64,000 nt of DNA from Bdellovibrionales bacterium (GCA_965200875.1 OZ241456.1:896001-960000), one strand, 5' to 3'. Counted from the first letter of the stretch, positions 18,547 through 28,787 are shown. The notes: generated from the letters alone by a model not told the origin. A program made the numbers and translations.

Positions 18547-19239
18547 ATGAAAGTTATAATTGCTTTATTGTTTTTAAGCTTAGGTGCTTTGAGCTATGGT
18601 CAGAATGAAACTTATCCAACATGTAATATTGATAATTATACCAACTACATAAATAAGCCCGGAAATCATCAGTGCTATTTAAGTGGAGCGACTTTTTACG
18701 AGGAGGATTTGTCTGGTGCGAATTTGCAAGGGGTGGATTTTACAGGCGCGTTTTTAATCAGAGCGGATTTGACCAATGCGAATATGAGCGGAGCTGATAT
18801 AAGCGGGGCGGATTTGTTCGAGGCAGACTTGACTGGGGCGAATTTGTTCATGGCGAATATGAGTGGAGCGAATGTAATCAGGGCGGATTTGACTGGTGCG
18901 AATTTGCATGAGGTGAATTTTATCCTGACGAATTTGTTCGAGGCGAATATGAGCGGAGCGAATATGAGCAAATCTACTTTAATTGAGGCATTTTTGGTTA
19001 GATCGAATATGAGCGGAGCGAATTTGTGGTGGGCGGATTTGACTGGTGCGAATTTGTTTGAGGCAAATATGAACGGTGCAGATTTGCGCCATGCAAATTT
19101 TACCGGTGCAGATTTGCGATTTGTAAGTTTGACCAGTGAGTATTTGCACGGAGCGATTTTTACCGACGCGAAAGTTGATCCAGGTTTGGGGGGGTATTTA
19201 ACATCACAAGGAGTGAGTGGTTTTATTGTTGTAGAATAA
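18547..19239 (+). CDS. Secreted pentapeptide-repeat protein
   Basis: MKVIIALLFLSLGALSYG leader, CNIDNY..YI..PGNHQC cap, ADLTG/ANMSG repeats. Confidence 0.9.
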   Translation: MKVIIALLFLSLGALSYGQNETYPTCNIDNYTNYINKPGNHQCYLSGATFYEEDLSGANLQGVDFTGAFLIRADLTNANMSGADISGADLFEADLTGANLFMANMSGANVIRADLTGANLHEVNFILTNLFEANMSGANMSKSTLIEAFLVRSNMSGANLWWADLTGANLFEANMNGADLRHANFTGADLRFVSLTSEYLHGAIFTDAKVDPGLGGYLTSQGVSGFIVVE

Positions 19240-19255
19240 AAAAAGTAGATAAGTT

Positions 19256-19759
19256 ATGAAAGTTATAATTACTTTACTGTTTTTAAGCTTAGGTGCTTTG
19301 AGCTATGGCAACAATATTCTCCATAGTATTGATCATTATAATAAAGATGATAAACCAGATATAAAAAAGCCACGCAGAAATCCTAAGTGTGATTTGAGCT
19401 ATGCGAGTTTGCATGATGTGAGTTTGCATGATGCGAATTTTACCGGGAGGGATTTGAGTTATTGTAATTTTAGCTGGGAGAATTTTAGCTATATGGATAT
19501 GCGTGGAGTGAATTTGACGGGGGCAATTTTTATCGGTGCGGATTTGAGTTATACAGATTTTACAGATGCGAATTTGCAGTTGGCGAATTTGTCCTTTGCA
19601 AATTTGCGAGGGGTGAATTTTACCGGTGCAGATTTGCGATTTGTATTTTTGACAACGGAGCATTTGCACGAAGCGAACTTTACCGGCGCGAAAGTCACAG
19701 AACAATCAGGAAAACTTTTAACATCACAAGGTATAAGTGGTTTTGTTATTTTGAAATAA
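19256..19759 (+). CDS. Secreted pentapeptide-repeat protein
   Basis: Same leader, ANFTG/ADL repeats, LTSQGISGFV end. Confidence 0.88.
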   Translation: MKVIITLLFLSLGALSYGNNILHSIDHYNKDDKPDIKKPRRNPKCDLSYASLHDVSLHDANFTGRDLSYCNFSWENFSYMDMRGVNLTGAIFIGADLSYTDFTDANLQLANLSFANLRGVNFTGADLRFVFLTTEHLHEANFTGAKVTEQSGKLLTSQGISGFVILK

Positions 19760-19867
19760 AGTTTACTTTGGTTCTTATATAATATTCATCCTAATGTTTT
19801 TATCTTGCTTCTGTAAAATAACTTGGACACTTGTAGCTTGGTGATATGATAAACTACAGAGGAAGTT

Positions 19868-21577
19868 ATGCCATTACTGGATTTTAAAGGGAAGTCTGTT
19901 GTTTATTCGCATCATTTGGAAGTTCCTTTTCGAATGTTCAAAATTGACGAAAAAAAATCCAGCACTTTGTCGCCTGACTTGAAAAACAAACCAAACAAAC
20001 AGTGCAAATCTGACAAGCTAGGTAAAACTGACAGAGAGCGAAATACCGTCAGTACCAGCAAACCCAGCCTAGATGACAACTTAATCATTCACGGCGACAA
20101 CCTTCATGCCCTGAAGGCTCTTTTGCCAAGGTACTCTGGTAAGATCAAATGTATCTATATTGATCCACCCTACAATACTGGAAACGAAGGTTGGAAATAC
20201 AACGACAAGGTCAACAGCCCCCTTATACAGGAATGGCTAAAGCAAATCGGCATCGGTGTGGATGATCAGGAAAGACATGACAAATGGCTTTGCATGATGT
20301 GGCCCAGATTGCAACTGCTTAAAGAACTACTTGCTGATGACGGAGTGATTTGTATTAGTTGCGATGATACAGAAATTGGTAATTTAATATGTATTCTTAA
20401 TGAAATTTTTGGAATTGATAACAAAGAAGAAATTATTGCCTGGAGGAGGAGACACAATCAACCTAATGATAAAAGTAAACCTATAGCAAAAACCGCAGAA
20501 TTTATTGTAATCTATGCTAAAAATCTTGAGCTTTTAAAAAAGAAGAAATCATTTAACGGACTACCTCTCACTGGCAACTTTATCAATTCTGATAAAGATC
20601 CTAAAGGGCCTTGGGCATCAAAACCTTGGAAAGCCGGCAGGAATCAAACCGGCAACAGGTATAAAATCACTACTCCCACGGGGAAAGTATATGATGAAGA
20701 ATGGTTAGGCACTAAAAACACCTTTGATTCTCTGTTAAAAGATAAGAGAATTATTTTTCCTTCCCACGGAAAGGGATTGCCAAGAAAAAAATATTATCAA
20801 TCAGAGAGGAAGTCAGAAGGTCAAGTGGCACATAACTTTTGGAGTCATAAAAAGTTTGGGTCAAATCAAAATGCTTCAAAAGAAATTTATGAAATGGGTA
20901 TTGCCTTTGATAATCCTAAACCTTCTCAGTTAATTAAGTCTATACTTTTAATATTTTCTAACAAAGACTCCATTATCCTAGATTCCTTTGCAGGTTCTGG
21001 AACAACAGCCCATGCAGTTCTTGCCCTCAACAAAGAAGACGGAGGTCACCGCAAATTCATTCTGGTTGAATGTGAGGATTACGCAAGTGACATTACAGCA
21101 GAGCGTGTCCGCCGGGTGATTAAAGGTGTTCCTAAAGCTAAAGATGAGAATTTAAAAAGAGGGTTTGGAGGTTCTTTCACATATTGTTCTCTTGGGGAGA
21201 AAATCAACACAGAAAATATGCTAAGAGGAAAACTTCCTGACTATACACAGCTTGCAGAATATATCTTTTATACAGCAACAGGAAAGAGCCTCAATGTAAT
21301 TGAAAAAGTCAATGCCTCTTGGTTTATCGGTGAAACGGAGAAGTATAATTTTCACCTTGTGTATAAGCCTGATTTGAAGTTTTTGAAAAGTAAAGAAAGT
21401 GCCTTGCACTTGGATCTTGCGGAGACAATACAAACACTCAACAAAGAGTCAAAAAAAACCAGTTTGGTTTTTGCTTCGGCAAGCTATATCCCGCAAAAAA
21501 AACTTAAACAAAAATACAACATTCAATTTTGCCAACTGCCATACACTATACATAAGATTATGGAGACTCGCCCGTGA
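19868..21577 (+). CDS. mod: Type III restriction-modification methyltransferase (Mod)
   Basis: NLIIHGDNL.ALKAL, IYIDPPYNTG, HDKWLCMMWPRL, DSFAGSGTT; followed by res. Confidence 0.93.
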   Translation: MPLLDFKGKSVVYSHHLEVPFRMFKIDEKKSSTLSPDLKNKPNKQCKSDKLGKTDRERNTVSTSKPSLDDNLIIHGDNLHALKALLPRYSGKIKCIYIDPPYNTGNEGWKYNDKVNSPLIQEWLKQIGIGVDDQERHDKWLCMMWPRLQLLKELLADDGVICISCDDTEIGNLICILNEIFGIDNKEEIIAWRRRHNQPNDKSKPIAKTAEFIVIYAKNLELLKKKKSFNGLPLTGNFINSDKDPKGPWASKPWKAGRNQTGNRYKITTPTGKVYDEEWLGTKNTFDSLLKDKRIIFPSHGKGLPRKKYYQSERKSEGQVAHNFWSHKKFGSNQNASKEIYEMGIAFDNPKPSQLIKSILLIFSNKDSIILDSFAGSGTTAHAVLALNKEDGGHRKFILVECEDYASDITAERVRRVIKGVPKAKDENLKRGFGGSFTYCSLGEKINTENMLRGKLPDYTQLAEYIFYTATGKSLNVIEKVNASWFIGETEKYNFHLVYKPDLKFLKSKESALHLDLAETIQTLNKESKKTSLVFASASYIPQKKLKQKYNIQFCQLPYTIHKIMETRP

Positions 21578-21605
21578 AATTAGAAAAAAAATCAAGGAGC
21601 TTTAA

Positions 21606-24068
21606 GTGGAGTTAAAAGATTATCAGATAGTAGTTATAGACAAGCTTTCTGCCTATCTGAAGGTGCTTAAAGAAACAAAAAGAAACACTTTGATTATGGC
21701 GGAATCAAGAAAAAACAGAGGGCTTTCTGTATCTTGGAATTCAGACAATTTTAATTTTTGCAAGAGAGCCTGGGACAACCTGAATGGGCGAAGATTACTT
21801 CCTCTTCTTTCTGCAAAATCGGGCAATATCATTTCCTCCTATAAAAGTCGGTTCAGTGGGATTGGTCGCCCGGTTCCAAATGTATGTCTCAAAGTTCCCA
21901 CAGGAGGAGGGAAAACTCTTCTTGGTGTGGGTAGTGTGGAAAGAATCAACACAGATTTTTTTGAAAGAAACACAGGTTTTATCTTGTGGGTGGTGCCCAG
22001 TGAATCCATTTACCAGCAAACTTTAAAAGCACTGTCCAACAGAGATACTCTTTATCGGCAAATACTGGATCGTGCTGGCGCAGGTGGTGGGAAAGTTAGA
22101 ATTTTACAAAAGACAGATAGTTTTCATCCGCGGGATGTGGAAAGTTCTCTATGTGTCATGTTGGTAATGCTTCAAAGTGCCGGAAGGCAGTCAAAAGAGA
22201 CTTTGAGGATATTCAGGGATTCTGGAAAATTCCCTCTGTTTTTCCCGGAAATTGATAATTATCATGCCAATCAAAAACTTCTTGAGGTCTGTCCTAATCT
22301 TGATACTTACAGCTTGGAAGATTGCCGTTTTGCTGGTGGCTTAAAAAAAATCAGCTTAAAACAGAGCTTGGGCAATGTTTTAAAACTTACTCAGCCGGTG
22401 GTGGTTATTGATGAAGGACACCGGGCTTATACGGAGAAGGCAAAAAATGCTATAATGGATTTTAACCCTCGGTTTATTTTGGAGCTTTCAGCCACTCCCA
22501 ATAAAAAGGAGCATAAGAGCAATGTTTTGGTTTCTGTTTCGGGAGCTGAGCTAAAAAAAGAGGAGATGATAAAACTCCCTGTAAATATTTTTAGCTTGAA
22601 AAATAAAGATTGGAAAAAGACTTTGGCCAAAGGACATGAGGTTTTGTGTGGTCTTTCAAAAGATGCCATTCGACTTCAGAAAAAAGAAAAACGCTATATC
22701 CGCCCCATACAGCTTATAAGGGTTGAGAGAACAGGCAGAGATCAAAGAGAAAAAAAGTTTATTCACTCAGAGGATGTAAGGGAGTATTTGATAAAGAGTT
22801 TTAATGTGGATCCTGCGGAAATCAAAATTAAATCCGCCTCACAAGATGAGCTGAAAAATGAAGACCTGCTTTCTGAATATTCTAGGGTTCGATACATTAT
22901 TACAAAAGAAGCTTTAAAGGAAGGCTGGGACTGTCCCTTTGCCTATATCCTGACAATTTTATCCAAAACAAAAGCCCCTTTGGCCATTGAACAGATGATA
23001 GGGAGAGTTTTAAGACAGGCGGATACACAGAAAACCGGTATGGAATCTTTAAATCAGTCCTACATTATTTGTAGGGATCAGGATACAGCAGGGGTTGTGG
23101 AGGGGATAAAAAAAGGCTTGGAAAATGAGGGGATGGATGGCCTTGGAAGAGAGGATATAAAAGAGCCTATAAAATTGAAAAATAATAAAAGCCAAAAGAA
23201 AGTGATAAAAAGAAGAAACCCTTTTGGAGATTTAAAAATCTTTTTACCAAAGGTGCTTTGTAAGAGAGGAAACAATTTAAAGGAATTGAGTTATGAAGAG
23301 GATTTACTTTTTAATATTGACTGGTCAAAATTGACATTGAATGAAGACCTGCTTTTAAAGGAAAAAGTCCCGGATATATCCTATACACAGGTTGATATAA
23401 AAAAACAGATGGATCTAATATCCTCTTTTCATAGGAAAGAAGAGGAAACAGTGTTTGAGGATACTGATCTTGCAAATTTTAACCAGGATTTTAGTTTTAT
23501 GTGTCAAAGGCTTTCCGATATTGTGCCTAATGCTTGGGATGCAAGTGCTATAATGGATAAGGTTCTTTCTTCTCTAAAGAGGAAACATGGAAAAGAAAAA
23601 GTTTGTTCGAACAAGTTTCGCATTTTGGATTTTTTGAGAGATAATCTTCAGAGTCAAATAAGCCGAGAGGTGGAAAAAATTTTTAAGAAGAAGCTGAAAA
23701 ATCACGAGTTTGTATTTAAACTGGTAAGTGTGGGAGAATCGGATTTGAACTGGAAAATGGCAGAAACTTTAAATCTCTCTCTTTCACAAGGTGGTTCTGT
23801 ATTCAGGAAAACAGACGACAAAGACTTACAACTTTCACTGTTTGAAAATGTTTATAAAAAAGAAATTAAGTTTAAGGATTTGGAAAAAAAGGTGTCTTGG
23901 TATTTGGATGAGGATTCCACTATAAAATGGTGGCACTGGATTATAAAAAAGAGGAAGGACTGGTTTATACAGGGCTTGCAAAAGAATAAAATCTATCTGG
24001 ATTTTTTAGTTTGTGTCAAGTCGTCTAAAAATGGCAAGGCTACTTTTTCTATTCTGGAGACCAAATAA
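21606..24068 (+). CDS. res: Type III restriction endonuclease (Res), apparently C-terminally truncated
   Basis: LKDYQ, VPTGGGKT, IDEGH, ELSATP, LKEGWDCP, EQMIGRVLRQ; ends at YLDF...ILETK*. Confidence 0.88.
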   Translation: MELKDYQIVVIDKLSAYLKVLKETKRNTLIMAESRKNRGLSVSWNSDNFNFCKRAWDNLNGRRLLPLLSAKSGNIISSYKSRFSGIGRPVPNVCLKVPTGGGKTLLGVGSVERINTDFFERNTGFILWVVPSESIYQQTLKALSNRDTLYRQILDRAGAGGGKVRILQKTDSFHPRDVESSLCVMLVMLQSAGRQSKETLRIFRDSGKFPLFFPEIDNYHANQKLLEVCPNLDTYSLEDCRFAGGLKKISLKQSLGNVLKLTQPVVVIDEGHRAYTEKAKNAIMDFNPRFILELSATPNKKEHKSNVLVSVSGAELKKEEMIKLPVNIFSLKNKDWKKTLAKGHEVLCGLSKDAIRLQKKEKRYIRPIQLIRVERTGRDQREKKFIHSEDVREYLIKSFNVDPAEIKIKSASQDELKNEDLLSEYSRVRYIITKEALKEGWDCPFAYILTILSKTKAPLAIEQMIGRVLRQADTQKTGMESLNQSYIICRDQDTAGVVEGIKKGLENEGMDGLGREDIKEPIKLKNNKSQKKVIKRRNPFGDLKIFLPKVLCKRGNNLKELSYEEDLLFNIDWSKLTLNEDLLLKEKVPDISYTQVDIKKQMDLISSFHRKEEETVFEDTDLANFNQDFSFMCQRLSDIVPNAWDASAIMDKVLSSLKRKHGKEKVCSNKFRILDFLRDNLQSQISREVEKIFKKKLKNHEFVFKLVSVGESDLNWKMAETLNLSLSQGGSVFRKTDDKDLQLSLFENVYKKEIKFKDLEKKVSWYLDEDSTIKWWHWIIKKRKDWFIQGLQKNKIYLDFLVCVKSSKNGKATFSILETK

Positions 24069-24080
24069 AGAGGAAAAACA

Positions 24081-25184
24081 ATGAAACAACTTATCAGTTT
24101 CAAAACTTTGTATTCCTTTATTTTTTGTTTTTATCCATTTTTAAATAAAATAAGTTTAATTTTGGTCCTCTTTTGGTCCTGTTTTGTCTTTTCCCTTAAA
24201 GAATCAGAAATATTAAAAGTGTATGAGTTGTTAGATCATCAAAATTTTTATCAAATTAAAAATTTTAAAGGAGTACCAAACCCTTCAAGAAAAAAAGCAG
24301 TGTTTCTTCGTTATGCCAAGTTTGGAAAAGGCAAAGGGAAAAAAGGTTCTATTGTATTTGTAAACGGATGGGCAGAAAACCTGTTTAAATATACCGAACT
24401 TTTTTATGATTTGCACCTACAGGGTTTTTCTCCCATTTACACTTATGACCATAGAGGGCAAGGTTTTTCAGATCGTCTTTTACCCCACTCCCGTGTTGGT
24501 TATGTGGAAGATTATTCTTTTTACAGAAAGGATTTAAAAATTTTTATTGAAAAGATTTTAAAAGATCCTGAATTAAATAAAGACAACCTATTTTTAATTG
24601 CTCATTCTATGGGAGGGGCTATTGTTTTGGACTATCTGCAAACTTATCCTGCACAAAAATACTTTAAAGCTGTGGTGCTTTCCTCTCCTTTGTTAAAGAT
24701 TCAAATAGTTCATCCCATTTTTGATTCTCTGATTTTAAACGCTTTGAAATTGATTTGTCGATTTTTTTGCTCAAAACCAGTGCCCGGCATTAGAGCAAAA
24801 TATGCGGAACGAAATCTGATGACCAGCAGTCTGGCACGAGCGAAATTTTCAGGCCATATTGAAAAACAATTTCCGCAGGTAATATTGGACCACCCCAGCT
24901 ATCATTGGACACTTGAAAGTTTTTCGGTTGTTAATCGTTTGATGCAAGAGGAAAGAATCCAAAAAATCCACACTCCTTTGTTTATCCTTCAGGCCGAGAA
25001 GGAAGTGCTTGTCTCCAATAAATACCAAGATAGTTTTTGCCACAAAATTCCCAAATTTTGCTATATCAAAAAGCTTTCTGGCCGGCACGAGCATTTTTTA
25101 GAGACAGACATAATACGGAATAAAGCCATTCAGGAAACTATAATTTTTTTTTCTCAAACTGGAGAATCATTTTCAAGGGACTGA
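24081..25184 (+). CDS. Alpha/beta hydrolase, lysophospholipase L2-like
   Basis: YDHRGQGFS, AHSMGG nucleophile motif, RHE near C-terminus. Confidence 0.88.
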   Translation: MKQLISFKTLYSFIFCFYPFLNKISLILVLFWSCFVFSLKESEILKVYELLDHQNFYQIKNFKGVPNPSRKKAVFLRYAKFGKGKGKKGSIVFVNGWAENLFKYTELFYDLHLQGFSPIYTYDHRGQGFSDRLLPHSRVGYVEDYSFYRKDLKIFIEKILKDPELNKDNLFLIAHSMGGAIVLDYLQTYPAQKYFKAVVLSSPLLKIQIVHPIFDSLILNALKLICRFFCSKPVPGIRAKYAERNLMTSSLARAKFSGHIEKQFPQVILDHPSYHWTLESFSVVNRLMQEERIQKIHTPLFILQAEKEVLVSNKYQDSFCHKIPKFCYIKKLSGRHEHFLETDIIRNKAIQETIIFFSQTGESFSRD

Positions 25185-25266
25185 GATTTGGTTTTTCACA
25201 TTTTCTTAAGGGTGGGTAATGGAAAGATATGTTGTTATAATGGAAAATGAACTTAGTACTGATTTT

Positions 25267-27171
25267 TCACATTTGCTCAGGGGAGGGAATGGAAAGAGCA
25301 GATAAACCTTCCTTCAGGGTTTTTTTTGTCACTTGAACCAAAAACAGACGAAACTGTTTTTGTGCTTTGTTATCCAAAGTTCCTATAGGACAATTTTGGT
25401 AAAATCGGGAAAACTTTTGAGCCAACTCAAATAAATAATAACATATTGTAGAAGTTTTCATCTGCCAAGCGGCTTTTTCCAAGGTGAGGGAAAACCAAGA
25501 TAAATGAAGGATCAGCTGCCATTCTTCCGGAGAGTTAAGGTAATCAATATTTATATTTTTCAAGTGCTCTTTCATAAAATCTTTTACGGAATCCTCATTA
25601 TTTTTTTTTTCAAAAGCTGAAAGCTTTTTTAAAAGTGAGCACGCACGAGCATGAGCATATTGTATATAAGGCCCGGAGCGACCATCTAACTTTAACCATT
25701 CTTTCATATCAAACACAATTTTTTTATTTAACTCCTGCTCATTCATTCCGTACTTAATAGCCCCTTGAGCGATAACATTCATTGTGGTTTTAATTTTTTC
25801 CTCTGACCATTCTGTTTTATATTTTTGCAAAAATTCATTGGATATATATTTCGTCATTTTTTCTATCAATGTCATAATAGGTATAATGTTTCCTGCACGG
25901 GAACTCATAGTACCGGTTTTTAATTCTACAAAGTTGTACTTTAAATGTTTCGATTTTTGCCCTTCTTTGATAAGACCAATTTTTTCCAAAACTTTGAAAA
26001 TCTGTTGAAAATGTGTCGATTGTCTCTGGTCCACAATATAAATGTTTTCCGTAATTTTGTGATCTTCAAATTTTTTTCTGGCCAAATAAAGATCTTTAGT
26101 GGCATAAAGCCCATTGCCATCTGATTTCAGTAACAGACAAAAACCCAGAGAGTCCTCTAGATCCACTCCAACTGCCCCTTCAGAAATCTGAAGTTTTTTT
26201 TGCTTCAATAATTCTTGTACCCATTTTACAGATGGTTCATCCATTTCCGATTCCCAGTACCAATAATCGAATTGAGCACCTGCCCATTGATAAATTTCAT
26301 CCATAAGCTCTTTGCTCCATTGTCGTGTCTGCTTCCACAGGTTATAAAATTCCCCTTGTTTTTTTTGTAGTTGCCGTAAAATTTCTGTTATCTGAATTTT
26401 ATTTTTTTCTTTCTGTGGAGTGTTCTCCTCCTTTGCATATTTCTGATAAGCTTTTGTATAAATCGCGCCCAGCCACTGCCCTTTACGGTAAGTGGGAACA
26501 GGATCTTTATTATGAGACTTAAGATACCAAAGACACTTGGCTACATGAGCACCCATATCTCCAGGATAAGTACAGCTGATAACAGGAAAGCCTCTTTTTT
26601 TCAAAAGAGTAACAAGGCTTAAGCCAAAACATAGGTTTCGTGTATGACCTATGTGCAACTCTTTATGTGTATTTGGTTGTGAGTACTCAATAAGATATGA
26701 ACCAATTTTTTTGGAAGGTGGGCGAAAAAACTCATCAGTTAGCAAATGATCCAAAAGTTTTTTCTTTAAAAAATCCTTTTTAAAAAACAGATTTACATAA
26801 GGACCTTTTTGAACTGCTTTTTCAAACACAGATGAATTGCTTTTTTGGAGGTGTGGATTCTTGATGTCTTGTTTACTTGTCGTTTGAACAGGAGAGTGGG
26901 AAGGTTGATCGTGTTTCCACTGTGATGATTTATTACAGGCTCTTGCTATTTGAAAAGCTATATCAACTGGTTTTTTTTTCAGTTTTTTACCAAGGAAAAA
27001 ACAAGGTAAGGCCCAATGTCCCAGTTCCTTTTCTGGTGGAGAGTTAAAAGCTTGTGCCAATTCATAAAGCGACACCTGAACTTGAAACAGCTTGTTTATT
27101 TTTTGAGAAAGTTCAAAACACACACTTTTGGTAAAAACATCCAAAAAAAAATGCTCTGGTTGATTATTCAT
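25267..27171 (-). CDS. argS: Arginine--tRNA ligase
   Basis: IEYSQPNTHKELHIGH, KSDG.GLYATKD, MSSRAG, GPYIQYAHAR, FSRFY.NCP. Confidence 0.96.
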   Translation of the reverse strand: MNNQPEHFFLDVFTKSVCFELSQKINKLFQVQVSLYELAQAFNSPPEKELGHWALPCFFLGKKLKKKPVDIAFQIARACNKSSQWKHDQPSHSPVQTTSKQDIKNPHLQKSNSSVFEKAVQKGPYVNLFFKKDFLKKKLLDHLLTDEFFRPPSKKIGSYLIEYSQPNTHKELHIGHTRNLCFGLSLVTLLKKRGFPVISCTYPGDMGAHVAKCLWYLKSHNKDPVPTYRKGQWLGAIYTKAYQKYAKEENTPQKEKNKIQITEILRQLQKKQGEFYNLWKQTRQWSKELMDEIYQWAGAQFDYWYWESEMDEPSVKWVQELLKQKKLQISEGAVGVDLEDSLGFCLLLKSDGNGLYATKDLYLARKKFEDHKITENIYIVDQRQSTHFQQIFKVLEKIGLIKEGQKSKHLKYNFVELKTGTMSSRAGNIIPIMTLIEKMTKYISNEFLQKYKTEWSEEKIKTTMNVIAQGAIKYGMNEQELNKKIVFDMKEWLKLDGRSGPYIQYAHARACSLLKKLSAFEKKNNEDSVKDFMKEHLKNINIDYLNSPEEWQLILHLSWFSLTLEKAAWQMKTSTICYYLFELAQKFSRFYQNCPIGTLDNKAQKQFRLFLVQVTKKTLKEGLSALSIPSPEQM

Positions 27172-27270
27172 AAAATGATTTTAACCTAGGTTTTCCTATT
27201 TGCCAGCACTTTATATAGTGATCCGTGAAAAACCGCTGTTTATACAGCTGAAAAACCAAGTTATTGGCTT

Positions 27271-27295
27271 TCAGTCCCGTGAAAACGGGAAATCT
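27271..27295 (+). repeat. Short palindromic element TCCCGTGAAAACGGGA
   Basis: Hairpin-forming; near-identical copy on the minus strand at 58099-58120. Confidence 0.55.
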
Positions 27296-27330
27296 AGGAA
27301 AAAATAACATACTTTTTTATACCCCACTAT

Positions 27331-28134
27331 TTATAAGAGTTTTTGAGAACCTCCTCCCTCAGCCTGAGTAGGATCCCAGTGTTTGTCAGTAGATTCAGAA
27401 TTTTTCTCCTTTTGTATATGATCAAATATATTATCAAGGCATCTTATCATTATTGGAGGGTTTGTTTGGATCTCTAACTTTTTTTCACAAGTAACTTCTG
27501 AGATCTGCTGTCCATATACTGTGAGAACAGCCTGTATAATCGCCTTTGTTGGTCCAAATCCTTCTGCTCTTTTTGTGGAATAGATTTTCATTACCTCCAA
27601 AGTGTTGAGTATTTCTTTAGAGTTTTTAAAAGGCAGAATGTGTGCAACATTCAGCAGAGAAAGCAAATATTCCATAGGGGTGGGGGTGGTTTTTACAGAT
27701 CTTATCTTATTATTAACAGGAATAGCTGATATACCTTCCATATTGCGATAAAATTGTATTACCACTTTGGCAGAAGAAGGCTCAAAAGGTGTGTGTAATT
27801 TAAGTTCTTCAGCAAATTTTTGCGCAGACCTTCCCACAGCGTGATTGTTGTAAATAAGTTGTTGAAACTCCTGCATTATGTTTGTTGCCTTTCTTTTTTT
27901 ATCAAGAAGACCATTGTTGTAAAAAATCTTTGCAACAGTGTAAGCTTCTTCTGAAGTTAGGTTTTGCTCTTCTACGACAGAAAAAGCAGGTGGTACAGTT
28001 GTTTTTTCCGACTCGCCAGTCCCGAAATCGGTAACAATTGTTTTTTCAAGGTTTTTAACCCTTGCAAAACTGGAAGAACTACCTATAAGCAAAATAGATA
28101 AAATCCCAGTGTGTAAAATAAAAAATAGTTTCAT
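27331..28134 (-). CDS. Hypothetical secreted protein
   Basis: AAGGAG RBS, signal peptide ending SSFA; no motif recognised. Confidence 0.7.
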   Translation of the reverse strand: MKLFFILHTGILSILLIGSSSSFARVKNLEKTIVTDFGTGESEKTTVPPAFSVVEEQNLTSEEAYTVAKIFYNNGLLDKKRKATNIMQEFQQLIYNNHAVGRSAQKFAEELKLHTPFEPSSAKVVIQFYRNMEGISAIPVNNKIRSVKTTPTPMEYLLSLLNVAHILPFKNSKEILNTLEVMKIYSTKRAEGFGPTKAIIQAVLTVYGQQISEVTCEKKLEIQTNPPIMIRCLDNIFDHIQKEKNSESTDKHWDPTQAEGGGSQKLL

Positions 28135-28628
28135 AAATTATTCTCCTTGTTTGTTGGTTTAATGTTTTTCTGAATATAAAGGATAAAGGACAATGCTGAA
28201 TATAACTAAAGATATTTCAGTTGTTTTAGTGAGACTACTTTTAAACACCAATAAAGCTTCTTTTTCTATTCATTCTGTATAAATATTACATAAGTATAAG
28301 TGTCACTTATCCTAACCATAAGCAAAACACACTGATTTAATTATTTGTTAGACTTAGACCTTTTGTTTTTAAAATAGTCTTCAAACTGTTTCTTAGTCTC
28401 GTAAGTTTTTAATACTCATAAATATAAATGGAATAGACAGATCCAGGGATTCTTGGCCCGCTTGGTTCTGCTTCATAACCCTGTGCCTTATAATGTTTCT
28501 CAAATGTCAAAGCATCATCATAAGTTAATCCGTTAATCACTTTGTTGTTTTGCGTCCGGCAGAAGTCAGAAAAATACAGAACATATATTAAGCAGGTTGT
28601 CCTGAATGCTTGTTATCTCATATTATAT

Positions 28629-28787
28629 TTTTATCTTCTCAAAATTATAAATTTTTGAGAAGATGAGCAGATATATGTTCAAAAACCGGCAATTTTGAGA
28701 AGATGAGCGGATATATGTTCAAAAACCGGCAATTTTGAGAAGATGAACAGATATATGTTCAAAAACGAGCATTTTTGAGAAGATAAA
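28629..28787. repeat. 40-bp tandem array (3.3 copies) plus an inverted half-site, upstream of the Fic gene
   Basis: Units A(T/A)TTTTGAGAAGATGA(G/A)C(A/G)GATATATGTTCAAAAAC(CG/GA)GC at 28651, 28691, 28731, partial at 28771; inverted ATCTTCTCAAAA at 28633. Confidence 0.93.

Noticed and set aside
10156..19705. Antisense or alternate-frame ORFs at 10156, 14072, 14313, 16143, 16199, 16452, 18696, 19289
   Set aside because: By-products of stop-free repetitive coding sequence on the real genes
13855..19759. Diversity-generating retroelement or shufflon as the source of paralog variation
   Set aside because: No reverse transcriptase or site-specific recombinase in the window, and no adenine-specific template/variable repeat pair seen
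28409..28540. 43-aa minus-strand ORF (VINGLTYDDAL...YSIYIYEY)
   Set aside because: Looks coding but has no clear start or RBS and no recognisable family; at most a remnant
28651..28787. Possible CRISPR array
   Set aside because: Units are contiguous and near-identical over all 40 bp, with no unique spacers; no cas genes in the window
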